Origin: Bacteroidia bacterium
GTDB lineage: Bacteria > Bacteroidota > Bacteroidia > NS11-12g > UBA9320
Length of the DNA stretch: 64,000 nt
Direction of reading: 5' to 3'
NCBI GenBank assembly: GCA_018402155.1
Contig: JAGYJG010000001.1
Coordinates: 418,831-482,830, forward strand
Shown: in pieces, positions 21,576 to 31,330 of the stretch
Layout: each line of letters begins with the position of its first letter
How positions within the stretch are numbered: the first letter of the stretch is position 1
Translations under genes and position numbers: made by a program
The notes under the pieces: model-generated
Database searches by the model: none
Told to the model about the DNA's origin: nothing
The model's input: the letters and a program-made list of their open reading frames with translations, nothing else

Positions 21576-22633
21576 TTGAGTTTTATACGTGGATCTAGTT
21601 TAATGTATAGTATATCTACCACAATATTTATGACAACAAAAAGCAGAGCTATGAATACGATTGCACCCATCACTATGGGCAAATCATTCATCTCTAAAGC
21701 TTCAATAGTGAGTTTACCTAAGCCTCTCCAATTAAAAATAAACTCTACAAAAAAAGCACCTGCTAGTAGGGATGCAAACCAACCACTTATTGCGGTTATA
21801 ACCGGATTTAGTGCATTCGGTAATGCATGTTTTAGCAATATTTCTGCCGCACCAAGCCCCTTAGATTTAGCCGTTTTAATGAAGTCCTTGTTCAACGTTT
21901 CTAAAATAGAACTGCGAGTGAGTAATGTAAATATGGATAATGGTCGGCTTCCGAGAGCGAGTGCAGGTAGTATTATATTTTTCCATTGATAGGATGCACC
22001 AGTGAATGGATCTAAATCTATCCAACTTCCTGACATGGATAGACCAGTGATGTCGTGAAGCACAAAGCCAAAAAGCCAAGCTAATATGATGGCAGAAAAA
22101 AACGAAGGGATAGATATACCTAAAGTACTCACAAAAACAATAGCCTGATCTGTCAATGTGTTGGCGCGTGTACCAGAAAGTATACCTAGTAAAATGCCAA
22201 AAAAGGCAGCAATGATTATACTTACTAGGGCTAAAATAAAAGTGCCCTTAAAACTTTGAGCGATTAGTGCATCCGTGCGCTGTCTATTTTGAAAAGATCT
22301 CCTTAAAAACGGTTTTTTAAAAAGTATCGTCGCAAATCTTGTTTGAATAAGCAGAACTTTCCCATATTTAGAGTAGAGCTGTTGAACATTCGTCTTGGTG
22401 TGAAATGAAACTGGCGAGATATCATTTAAGTATAGTAAGTACTGAACAAAAAGTGGTTGGTCTAAACCAAATTCTTTCTTTATTGCTTCTTGAGTATCTG
22501 CATCTGTCCGCTGGCCTACCGCCATTTTTTCTGGATTAGGAAATGAAAAGCTAAATAAGAAAAATACTATAGTTATTACACTAAATAATATCAGTATTCC
22601 ACTTCCTATGCGCCTCAATAAAAAGCGTATCAT
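21572..22633 (-). CDS. ABC transporter permease, OppB/DppB-type (peptide/opine family)
   Basis: 353 aa with 6 TM segments and an EAA-like loop. The N-terminus is MIRFLLRRIGSGILILF, typical of DppB/OppB permeases. Confidence 0.85.
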   Translation of the reverse strand: MIRFLLRRIGSGILILFSVITIVFFLFSFSFPNPEKMAVGQRTDADTQEAIKKEFGLDQPLFVQYLLYLNDISPVSFHTKTNVQQLYSKYGKVLLIQTRFATILFKKPFLRRSFQNRQRTDALIAQSFKGTFILALVSIIIAAFFGILLGILSGTRANTLTDQAIVFVSTLGISIPSFFSAIILAWLFGFVLHDITGLSMSGSWIDLDPFTGASYQWKNIILPALALGSRPLSIFTLLTRSSILETLNKDFIKTAKSKGLGAAEILLKHALPNALNPVITAISGWFASLLAGAFFVEFIFNWRGLGKLTIEALEMNDLPIVMGAIVFIALLFVVINIVVDILYIKLDPRIKLN

Positions 22634-24156
22634 TTACCTATCTTTTTTGTAAATTGCTTTATAGAAGGGAGGCGTGTGCTTGGCCAGTTTTTTCGTACTA
22701 CGTTCCCTTTTAGTAGTACAAGACCCGGATTACTTCGGATTATGGATTTTAAATTTGTTTTGTCGCCATAATAAAAGGGAATTTGAAGGCTGTGTTTGTC
22801 GCAGAAGGCTTGGACCTCTTCGCTGCTGCTGGCCGTTATTGGGTATACTTCTACTCCTTCTTTTTGACACGTATTTAGTATATCGTGTAGCTCTTTCATT
22901 GCCGCCTCATTTGCTTTGGCCACCTCGTTTAGCACTATCAGTAGTTTGTAAGCTGTATCATTTGCAAAAAAATTAGCTACATAATCGTTGGCTCTACTTT
23001 CATCCATTATTTTGAAATCGTGTATAGCTGGTTCGTACCCTTTGCTCAGCAGTTTGTCGCGGCGGTCTACAAACGAATATCCTTCTTTTTTGAGATCTCT
23101 CCCGCGCATTTCTGCTAAAGTGAATTCTTGTTCCTCCCCATTTTTTTTGTATATAAATACATTTTCATATATATCCGCTGGAGCCCCGTCAGGTACAACT
23201 GTCAATGCGCGTATATCATTGCCTTTTTTAAATAGTAAAAAGTTTTTGATAGGAAGATAATGCCAACAATAAACAGAAAAACTAACTGATATCAAGGTGA
23301 ATACAGTAAGTAATTTTACCGCAAATGGTTTGCTGAATACTGGTTTTATGTTCCGAATACCTATAGAAATGAACAAAATGGAAATACAAAGTATAATGTC
23401 TTTATAAAAACTTTCCCAAGGAGTAAGTTTTATTGCGTCACCAAAACATCCGCAGTCAGTTACTTTATTGTAAAAGGCACTATACCAAGTTAGAAATGTA
23501 AAAAATATAATGAGCACTGACAAGAATGTTACTATTGTTCGCGGTGCCCAGCCTATTAACAATGCAATACCCAATACTATTTCCAACACACACAAAAAAA
23601 TTGCCATTACCAATACGTAAGAGCGCATTTTTTGAAAAAAATCTACCAACCAAGACTGGGGAGTACCATATTCTCCAGTCTCTATTTCTATCGTTGTTGG
23701 ACTCATGGTTTGGTTTGCCAATGAGATACTTTTTGATTTTATAATTTTACCATTTATGGACGCCGATACTGTCAGTATCTTTTGAGCAGTATCTGATGCC
23801 CGTTTGTGCAGTGATGTAGACCACAATACATTTTTGTTTAGCCGCACCCAAGCTTGACTTGTATAGCTTTTATCAGAACTTTTAGCTTCTGGTGTCCTGA
23901 TTTTCCAGGGAGATTTTTCTATGGTAATATCAAAGGTTTCGGTATCGTGAGCTATGAGAGCAGATTCGAATATGCTCTCATTGTTGTAGCTTATTTGTAG
24001 CCCTATGCTATCTTGAGTCTCAAGTTCTGAGGAAAATACGGAAAAATACTCGTCTAGTTTGTAGCTAAATCCTGTAGGGTCGTTTGCTTTGATAAGACCC
24101 GAAAAAATAAAAACCAAACCAACAAATACCCTAAAAAAAGTGGTTATGTATTTCAT
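22630..24156 (-). CDS. DoxX/MauE-like membrane protein with C-terminal thioredoxin-like domain (BT_3928-family-like)
   Basis: N-terminal DoxX-like TM region (MKYITTFFRVFVGLVFIFSGLIKANDP) and an internal DCGCFG motif. The C-terminus is soluble and TlpA-like. Confidence 0.6.
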   Translation of the reverse strand: MKYITTFFRVFVGLVFIFSGLIKANDPTGFSYKLDEYFSVFSSELETQDSIGLQISYNNESIFESALIAHDTETFDITIEKSPWKIRTPEAKSSDKSYTSQAWVRLNKNVLWSTSLHKRASDTAQKILTVSASINGKIIKSKSISLANQTMSPTTIEIETGEYGTPQSWLVDFFQKMRSYVLVMAIFLCVLEIVLGIALLIGWAPRTIVTFLSVLIIFFTFLTWYSAFYNKVTDCGCFGDAIKLTPWESFYKDIILCISILFISIGIRNIKPVFSKPFAVKLLTVFTLISVSFSVYCWHYLPIKNFLLFKKGNDIRALTVVPDGAPADIYENVFIYKKNGEEQEFTLAEMRGRDLKKEGYSFVDRRDKLLSKGYEPAIHDFKIMDESRANDYVANFFANDTAYKLLIVLNEVAKANEAAMKELHDILNTCQKEGVEVYPITASSSEEVQAFCDKHSLQIPFYYGDKTNLKSIIRSNPGLVLLKGNVVRKNWPSTRLPSIKQFTKKIGK

Positions 24157-24707
24157 TTATCTTCAAAAAATTCATTTAGTCTTATTAATGCAAATATAGC
24201 GTAGTTCAACATATCACTAAAATTAGCTTCTATGCCTTCAGAAATAAGCGTTTTACCCTTTTTGTCTTCTATTTGTTTTGTCCGTAAAATTTTCATAAGT
24301 ATAAGATCTGTGTAGGTGCTCACTCGCATGGCTCTCCAAGCCTCACCGTAGTCGTGGTTTTTGTCCATCATCAGTTCTTTGCACATAGTAGCTTTTGTGT
24401 CGTAATGCGTCAACACTTGAGCTGTGTCCATTTCTAAGTTTTCATCGGTATCTAGTTCTAGCTGTATGAGTGCTATAATGCAATAGTTTACTATACCTAT
24501 AAATTCATTCTCTATACTCTCACCAACTTTATTTTCTCGCTTCTCCTCAATGCTGCGTATGCGTTGTGCTTTTATAAAAATTTGATCGGTAATGGATAAT
24601 GGCCTTAAAATGCGCCAAGCTGTTCCATAGTCGTGGGTTTTTTTTTCAAATATTTCGCGGCATTGTGCTAGCGCGTGATCAAATAGAAGTGGTGTATCTG
24701 TGTGCAA
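24153..24707 (-). CDS. DUF1599 domain protein (tandem YG-x-AWR repeats)
   Basis: Two repeats: KTHDYGTAWRILRPLSITDQIFIKAQRIRSIE and KNHDYGEAWRAMRVSTYTDLILMKILRTKQIE. Confidence 0.65.
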   Translation of the reverse strand: MHTDTPLLFDHALAQCREIFEKKTHDYGTAWRILRPLSITDQIFIKAQRIRSIEEKRENKVGESIENEFIGIVNYCIIALIQLELDTDENLEMDTAQVLTHYDTKATMCKELMMDKNHDYGEAWRAMRVSTYTDLILMKILRTKQIEDKKGKTLISEGIEANFSDMLNYAIFALIRLNEFFEDK

Positions 24708-24751
24708 AATGAATTTAATTTGCTGCGAAGATAATTTTCAAACTGAAACAA

Positions 24752-25585
24752 ATGAAACGAAGCATCAACATAAAAGGCACAGAGATAAATTTTGACAGGC
24801 CCAAAGTGATGGGGATATTAAATGTAACGCCGGATTCATTCTCTGATGGGGGCAAGTATACTGACGCAGATTCTGCTTTGCTGCAAGCACTGAGTATGCA
24901 AGCTGAAGGAGCAGAAATAATAGATGTAGGAGGGTACAGCACCCGCCCAGGAGCATCAGATGTAGACCTTCAGGAAGAGCTAGATAGAGTACTGCCGGTT
25001 ATACAAAAAATAACGCAACATTCTGATGTTTATATTTCGATTGATACGTTTAGAAGCCAAGTGGCAGCTGCCGCAGTAGGAGAAGGAGCCCACATCGTAA
25101 ATGACGTGAGTGCAGGAGATGGCGATCAGGCTATGCTCACTACTGTGGCCAATTTGGGTGTTCCGTACATCGCTATGCACAAGAAAGGTACTCCACTATC
25201 AATGCAGCAAAATCCAAAGTACGAAAATGTGCTACAAGAGGTTTATGAATATCTTGCCGCCAAAAAAATAGAATGTGAAATAGCTGGAATATCAGATCTG
25301 ATTTTAGACCCCGGTTTTGGTTTTGGTAAAACTTTAGAGCACAACTTCAAATTACTTAAGAATTTTTCTATTTTTAGGAATTTGGATGTGCCCATATTAG
25401 CCGGTTTATCTCGCAAAAGTATGATATACCGTAGTCTGGGCTTATCGCACATGGATGCCCTTAATGGTACAAGCTTTCTTCATGCTTTCGCACTGCAAGC
25501 GGGAGCTTCAATTTTGCGCGTGCATGATGTAAGAGAAGCCAAAGAATGTGTTGTACTATTTCAATCCTTCCAGCATGGTTCTTAA
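24752..25585 (+). CDS. folP: Dihydropteroate synthase
   Basis: MGILNVTPDSFSDGG, DVGGYSTRPGA and a pterin-binding barrel pattern. Confidence 0.9.
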   Translation: MKRSINIKGTEINFDRPKVMGILNVTPDSFSDGGKYTDADSALLQALSMQAEGAEIIDVGGYSTRPGASDVDLQEELDRVLPVIQKITQHSDVYISIDTFRSQVAAAAVGEGAHIVNDVSAGDGDQAMLTTVANLGVPYIAMHKKGTPLSMQQNPKYENVLQEVYEYLAAKKIECEIAGISDLILDPGFGFGKTLEHNFKLLKNFSIFRNLDVPILAGLSRKSMIYRSLGLSHMDALNGTSFLHAFALQAGASILRVHDVREAKECVVLFQSFQHGS

Positions 25586-25690
25586 AACTTTCCATTAAAA
25601 TATAAATAATTTGAAAAATAATAATCAGTTCATATAAAATTAACATTGGGAAGTCACCATTGCAGTATAAAATATTCAATAAAAAATATA

Positions 25691-26926
25691 ATGAAACACA
25701 AAATTAAATTTTTGACGATGGTAGCTCTTTCTACCCTAATGTTTGTATCAGGCTGTAAAGATGACGAAGAGGATGTTATTCCTCCAACTCCTATAGAAGC
25801 TGGTACTGGTACTATTATAGTGGATGCTAACATAACAGCAAACACTACTTGGACGCGTGACAAGGTTTATCAACTTGCAGGTAGAATTACCGTTGTTGAC
25901 GGTGTTACATTGACCATTGAAGCAGGAACAGTTATTAAAGGTGAGGCAGGATCAGGAGCAAATGCTACAGCACTTATCATCGCAAGAGGTGGTGTATTGC
26001 TAGCAGAGGGAACGGCTGCTGCACCTATTATTTTTACTTCTGTAGCTGATGAAATTAAGTCTGGTCAAATAGCTTCACCAAACATGGATCCTACTTTACA
26101 GGGTTTGTGGGGCGGTTTAATTGTGTTGGGTAAAGCTCCAAGTTCATTCAAAGGTGATGTTTCAGAAAATGCTATAGAAGGTATTCCAGCTTCAGACGGT
26201 AATGGATTGTACGGAGGAAGTATTGCGGATGATTATTCAGGGGTAATTAAATATATATCTATTAGACACGGTGGTTCAAACATTGGTGAAGGAAACGAAA
26301 TTAATGGATTAACTCTTGGTGGTGTTGGAAGTAAAACTATCATCGAAAATGTAGAAGTAATAGCAAATGCTGACGATGGTATAGAGTGGTTTGGAGGTAC
26401 AGTAAGCGTTACGAATGCACTTGTTTGGAACTCCGGTGACGATGCATTAGATTCAGATCAAGCCTGGGCAGGAACTATGGATAACTTCGTAATTATTTGC
26501 GGAAGTAATACTGATCACGCCCTAGAAATAGACGGTCCAGAAGGTTCTTACAGAGACGGTCACACTTTAAAAAACGGTACAATAAAAGGTCACGAAAACT
26601 CTGAATTGGGAGATTTTAGAGACGGTGCTGAGGGTACGTTCGAAAACATGTACTTCTTCGGGTTTGAATCACCAGCTGATACAGACGGTAGAGGCGATTT
26701 TTCATTAAGTGGAGATGAATCTAGAAGTAATTTTGCGGATGGGGTGCTTGTTTTCAATAAGTTAGAAGTTACCCTTCCAGCCTCTACTGAGTTAGCAGAT
26801 GTCTTTAAAAATGGTACAGATGCAAGAGCGTCAAACGTTGCTAAAAATGCAAATACGGTAGGTGCAGATCTTACTAAATTTGCCAATTGGACTTGGGCAT
26901 CAGCAGCAGGACAACTTAATTTTTAA
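25691..26926 (+). CDS. Lipoprotein, Gly/Thr-rich with repetitive beta-strand segments (hypothetical)
   Basis: Lipoprotein signal MKHKIKFLTMVALSTLMFVSGC. The ORF track starts 45 nt upstream at 25646. No recognisable catalytic motif. Confidence 0.65.
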   Translation: MKHKIKFLTMVALSTLMFVSGCKDDEEDVIPPTPIEAGTGTIIVDANITANTTWTRDKVYQLAGRITVVDGVTLTIEAGTVIKGEAGSGANATALIIARGGVLLAEGTAAAPIIFTSVADEIKSGQIASPNMDPTLQGLWGGLIVLGKAPSSFKGDVSENAIEGIPASDGNGLYGGSIADDYSGVIKYISIRHGGSNIGEGNEINGLTLGGVGSKTIIENVEVIANADDGIEWFGGTVSVTNALVWNSGDDALDSDQAWAGTMDNFVIICGSNTDHALEIDGPEGSYRDGHTLKNGTIKGHENSELGDFRDGAEGTFENMYFFGFESPADTDGRGDFSLSGDESRSNFADGVLVFNKLEVTLPASTELADVFKNGTDARASNVAKNANTVGADLTKFANWTWASAAGQLNF

Positions 26927-26954
26927 CAAAACGATACATATATAAATTTACAAG

Positions 26955-26997
26955 GTGCCAAGTTTCATTCAATATATGAGACTTGGCACTTTTTTTT
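26955..26997 (+). terminator. Rho-independent terminator after the lipoprotein gene
   Basis: gtgccaagtttcat / atgagacttggcac stem with 1 mismatch, followed by a T8 run. Confidence 0.7.
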
Positions 26998-27013
26998 ACT
27001 TTAGGATAAACAA

Positions 27014-29872
27014 ATGAAAAAAATACTATTGCTGCTTAGTTGTGTTCTTCCTTTGTCGCTTTTGGCTCAAGAGGGAAGTATAAAAGGTCAAGTAATTGAC
27101 AATGAGAATGCGGAAGAAATGATAGGTGTTTCTGTTTTGGTAGAAGGAGCATCTGCCGGAGCAATTACCGATTTGGATGGTAAATTTGAGATTAAAATAA
27201 AGCCAGGAGTTTACACACTTCGGATTTCTTATATATCTTACCAAACTTTAGCTGTAGAAAATGTGAAGGTTGTGGCTGGAGATGTAAATGTATTAGATGT
27301 GTTGCGAATGATTTCTAACAGTGAAGTGGTAGAAGGTGTGGTAGTAAGAGCCACTGCAGTGCGCAATACCGAGACTGCACTGATGACAGTAAAACGAAAG
27401 TCCCCTAATCTTATTGATGGTATCTCGTCCGCAAGTTTTAAAAAGATTGGAGATTCAGATGCTGCATCTGCTATGAAAAGAGTGACAGGTGTATCGGTAG
27501 AGGGAGGCAAGTACGTGTATGTAAGAGGTCTAGGCGATAGATATACTAAAACAACTCTAAATGGTATGGATATTCCTGGACTAGATCCGGACAGAAATAC
27601 CTTACAAATGGATATTTTCCCTACAAATATTATTAGCAACATTACAGTATCCAAGTCATTTAGTGCTGAGCAATCGGCTGATTTTACTGGAGGTGCAGTA
27701 AATATAGACCTTATTGATTTTGCAGATAAACGGTCTATGACTGCTGGCGTGGGAATTGGGTACAATCCTGCTATGCATTTCAACAATAACTACACGACCT
27801 ACACAGGAGGACAAACAGATGCCTTTGGATTTGATGATGGTACAAGAACTATACCTACGGGAAGAAGTCAAAATGTGCCACAATATGCTAATGTCTTGGG
27901 TAATCCAAGTGGAGAGCGAGGTAAGCAGTATACTACTATTTTAAATGATTTCAATAAAGAAATGGGAGTAGATAGAGCAATGAGTTTGATGAATTACGAC
28001 TTGAATTTTGCTTTTTCAGATGCTAAAAAAGTAGACGACGATTATACCATCGGCTATAATTTAGCTATAACATACAAAAATGAAACTGATTTTTATGAAG
28101 ATGCCGAATTTAACCTTTTTGGTAAAGATGCTCAACCTTCTAAGGTTAATTTGATTCCGCTTGAGAGACAAAAAGGCGATTTTGGCGTCAATAATGTTCT
28201 CATTGGTGGTCTTGCAGGACTTTCATTGAAAACAGAAAACTCCAAGTACCGATTAAATATTTTGCACTTGCAAAATGGCGAGAAAAAAGCAGGCCTTTTT
28301 GATTTTGTTAATACCAATCTTGGGGCAAACTTTGAGGCTGATCAGTATAACCTAGAATACAGTCAAAAAGAACTTACAAATATCCTTTTTGATGGTTCTC
28401 ATAGATTGAGAAATAATCTAAGACTAGATTGGAAAGTATCCCCAACCAGATCGGCTATTACAGACCCCGACATCCGGTTCTTGCGATTCCGACAGCCCAC
28501 CAATAACATCTCTACTGAGGCTGGTCTTCCTGAACGAATTTGGAGATTTTTGGAAGAGTATAACTTATCAACAAAGGTTGACTTAGCCAAGGACTACAGA
28601 TTGTTAGGTCGGGATTCTAAAATTAAATTTGGGGGTAGTTATACTTTCAAAATGAGAGATTATGAAATTCAAAGCTTTCAAATACAACCAGGTAATACTG
28701 TATTTACTGGAAATCCGGATGAGCTTTTTGCGGAGGAAAACTTGTTTTCTGCCGCCAATAGAAATGGTGTTCGCTACGATCCATCGTTTATTCCAACCAA
28801 TCCAAATAAATTTAATTCTTCTCTTCACCACTTTGGTTCCTATGTGTCTACAGAGCTGAAAATTGTGGATGCCCTGAAAACAGTGGTAGGTGTAAGGGTA
28901 GAAAAATACGACCAATTTTATACTGGAACCAACCAAACCGGGTCTCTTTCACTAGACAATGATAGAGTGATTAGTGATTTAGATCTGTTCCCTAGCTTAA
29001 ACCTCATTTATGCGCTTAGCGAAATGCAAAATTTGAGATTTTCATTTTCTCAAACCATCGCTCGCCCCTCATTTAAGGAAATGTCATTCGCCGAAATACT
29101 AGACCCTATTACAGGTAGAACATTTATTGGTAGCTTGCTTCCAGAAACTACAAATGGAGGTACAGAGATACTATGGGATGGGAATTTGCAATCTTCAAAA
29201 ATTGCGAACCTAGATTTACGTTGGGAATTGTTTCAAGATAAAGGTAGAATGATTTCACTTGGAGCATTCTACAAAAGGTTTAATAATCCTATTGAGATGG
29301 TTCAGTTTTTGGCAGATCCAGGATCGTTCCAAGCCAGAAATGTCGGAGACGCAACAGTTCTAGGGTCAGAATTTGAATTGCGCCAAAATTTTAAATTTAT
29401 AAGTCATAAATTAGAAGAACTGACTTTTAGCACCAATGTTACTTACACCTATTCTAGTATCGAGCTATCTGAGTCTGAGTTTAGATCGCGTACGTTGAGT
29501 GCCAGAGATGGAGAAACAGTGGAAAGAACAAGAAAGATGGCAGGACAAGCCCCATTTATCTTAAATTCAGGATTGTCCTACAACGTTGAGAAGTGGGATG
29601 CTGAAGGTGGTATTTTTTATAACGTGCAAGGCGAAACATTGCTTTTTGTAGGTTTTGCAAATAGAACCGATGTTTATTCAGTTCCTTTCCATAACTTGGG
29701 CTTGAAGTTTTCTAAATCTTTTGGTGAAAAAATAAGTTTGTCTGTTAAAGCATCTAATTTACTAAACGACGAAAGAGAGCAAATATTTAAAAATTTTGAA
29801 GCACAAAATGAAATTTTCACTAGACTTAGACCGCAGAGATCATTCAGTTTAAGTTTTGGGTACCGTTTTTAA
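27014..29872 (+). CDS. TonB-dependent receptor with N-terminal carboxypeptidase-regulatory-like domain
   Basis: Signal peptide, then a CarboxypepD_reg-like domain (GQVIDNENAEEMIGVSVLVEG..DLDGKFEIKIKPGVYTL). A plug domain and a long barrel follow, ending FGYRF. Confidence 0.9.
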   Translation: MKKILLLLSCVLPLSLLAQEGSIKGQVIDNENAEEMIGVSVLVEGASAGAITDLDGKFEIKIKPGVYTLRISYISYQTLAVENVKVVAGDVNVLDVLRMISNSEVVEGVVVRATAVRNTETALMTVKRKSPNLIDGISSASFKKIGDSDAASAMKRVTGVSVEGGKYVYVRGLGDRYTKTTLNGMDIPGLDPDRNTLQMDIFPTNIISNITVSKSFSAEQSADFTGGAVNIDLIDFADKRSMTAGVGIGYNPAMHFNNNYTTYTGGQTDAFGFDDGTRTIPTGRSQNVPQYANVLGNPSGERGKQYTTILNDFNKEMGVDRAMSLMNYDLNFAFSDAKKVDDDYTIGYNLAITYKNETDFYEDAEFNLFGKDAQPSKVNLIPLERQKGDFGVNNVLIGGLAGLSLKTENSKYRLNILHLQNGEKKAGLFDFVNTNLGANFEADQYNLEYSQKELTNILFDGSHRLRNNLRLDWKVSPTRSAITDPDIRFLRFRQPTNNISTEAGLPERIWRFLEEYNLSTKVDLAKDYRLLGRDSKIKFGGSYTFKMRDYEIQSFQIQPGNTVFTGNPDELFAEENLFSAANRNGVRYDPSFIPTNPNKFNSSLHHFGSYVSTELKIVDALKTVVGVRVEKYDQFYTGTNQTGSLSLDNDRVISDLDLFPSLNLIYALSEMQNLRFSFSQTIARPSFKEMSFAEILDPITGRTFIGSLLPETTNGGTEILWDGNLQSSKIANLDLRWELFQDKGRMISLGAFYKRFNNPIEMVQFLADPGSFQARNVGDATVLGSEFELRQNFKFISHKLEELTFSTNVTYTYSSIELSESEFRSRTLSARDGETVERTRKMAGQAPFILNSGLSYNVEKWDAEGGIFYNVQGETLLFVGFANRTDVYSVPFHNLGLKFSKSFGEKISLSVKASNLLNDEREQIFKNFEAQNEIFTRLRPQRSFSLSFGYRF

Positions 29873-29998
29873 AAATAGTCTTGGTACCATAGTTTAGTAT
29901 CAAGGATTTTATAGTTGGTGCGATTTGCGAATAATGCACTCCTAAATAACTTCAGCTAGCAGTCAAATTAATATTTTTGAATTGGCTACGTTAAAAAA

Positions 29999-30026
29999 AG
30001 CCTACTCCGTTGAGAAGGCTTTTTTT
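29999..30026 (+). terminator. Probable terminator after the TonB-dependent receptor
   Basis: agcctactc-cgtt-gagaaggct stem with 1 mismatch, then a T7 run. Confidence 0.45.
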
Positions 30027-30615
30027 ATAACGGTTATTAGATCTATATTAACTTTAAGCTATTTAAAATGGTAAACTCGAGAAAAAGAACCTTTCTAGCG
30101 ATTTACACCACCGTATCATAGCTTTTTCTTATTAGTCTTTTGTAAAGTAGTTTCGTGGCTTTTAACGTACTCTCACTCTCAAAGTATGTATAAATAAAAC
30201 TACAACCATGTCAACTTTATGTTTTGTAATACTACGCCCATTGATTTACTCCAAACAATTAGTCTTGTCTGGTACTTTGTAAGTCGATAAAATCAGCCAG
30301 CTAATTTGACTGTTCTAAAAAAAAAATAAGTTACTGTATATGAGCTCTAGTAAAACGTTGGCTGCTGATATTAGTGTTGGTCATATTCTAACCTTTCTGT
30401 TTTGGCGTTTTCTAGTTGTGTAAGTACCACTGCAATGTCTATGTTTTATAGCGCTATTGAGGTTTATGTATTCGAAAAGTATTTCAGTTTTTATAACATA
30501 AACAAGAACTCTAAGTACAAAAAAATAGGTAAAATACATCTCATTAACCTTCACTTTATGAGTAATCTTCACTTTTTTGTTATCTGCTCAAGTTCTATTC
30601 GTGTCCAGCAATTAG

Positions 30616-31041
30616 ACTATTGCTGCCCGTCAAAACGGATTTATTGCAGCTCTAGACGATATCAAAAATGAAGTAACAATTGATTTGGCTCTTTCGTCAT
30701 ATCTTCATGTACTTGGCGATGATTTCGAAAACTCGACTATCTCAGTAGACGGATTTGTCAATATGGAAGGTACTGCTTAAATCGTAAAAGGCAGCTCAAT
30801 TTCCAATTTGGATAATAAGAATACTACTACAATCCTTGCCGATAAAGCATTAATAAGCAATAAATTGAAATTTACTTCCGGTATAGCAGTGTTCAAAGAG
30901 TCAATTGAGTTAAACTCAACTAACGCTTTTGGCAGTATAAATTTTTCTTCACTATCACACGGGCCATATCACATGGTGATTGAGTCTAAAACTGATAAGT
31001 GGTCTGGTATGTTTATGTTACAGTCTATAAAAAATCTCTAA
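30616..31041 (+). pseudogene. Nonsense-disrupted ORF remnant (or a 77-aa orphan ORF, 30808..31041)
   Basis: A single reading frame gives TIAARQNGFIAALDDIKNEVTIDLALSSYLHVLGDDFENSTISVDGFVNMEGTA. An in-frame TAA follows at 30778-30780, then IVKGSSISNLDNKNTTTILADK...MFMLQSIKNL. The sequence is protein-like, has no Met start upstream and lies in an otherwise non-coding AT-rich 1.45 kb gap. Confidence 0.3.
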
Positions 31042-31330
31042 TGTGATGCCATATACTAGCTATCATATTAATATTTTGATAAAGGAGGCTTCATTTTACG
31101 AAGGAGCCTTTTTCGTTTATTTTTTACTCTTACTTTAATTATGGAGCTGTTTTTATTTTCATATCAGAAAACGGAATAAGTATGAGTTAATAAAACAAGT
31201 AATAATTTGTTGTTTTACTAATCAAAATATAACACGAATAATATATTTTGTTAATGAACGAGTATGACACTTGTGTCATGATGTATACTTTTTTAATTTT
31301 AGTGTTTAATCCTTATTTCTGGAGATCTAT

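Noticed and set aside
30402-30671. 89-aa ORF in the AT-rich gap (MAFSSCVSTTAMSMFYSAIEVYV...)
   Set aside because: Cys/Ser/Tyr-rich low-complexity translation of AT-rich DNA with no motif. It is more likely non-coding. A different frame nearby carries the protein-like disrupted ORF.
31075-31125. Apparent terminator aaaggaggcttcattttacgaaggagccttttt after the disrupted ORF
   Set aside because: The two arms are not reverse-complementary (ggaggc versus ggagcc are same-strand similar, not complementary). Only a weak 4-6 bp stem is possible.
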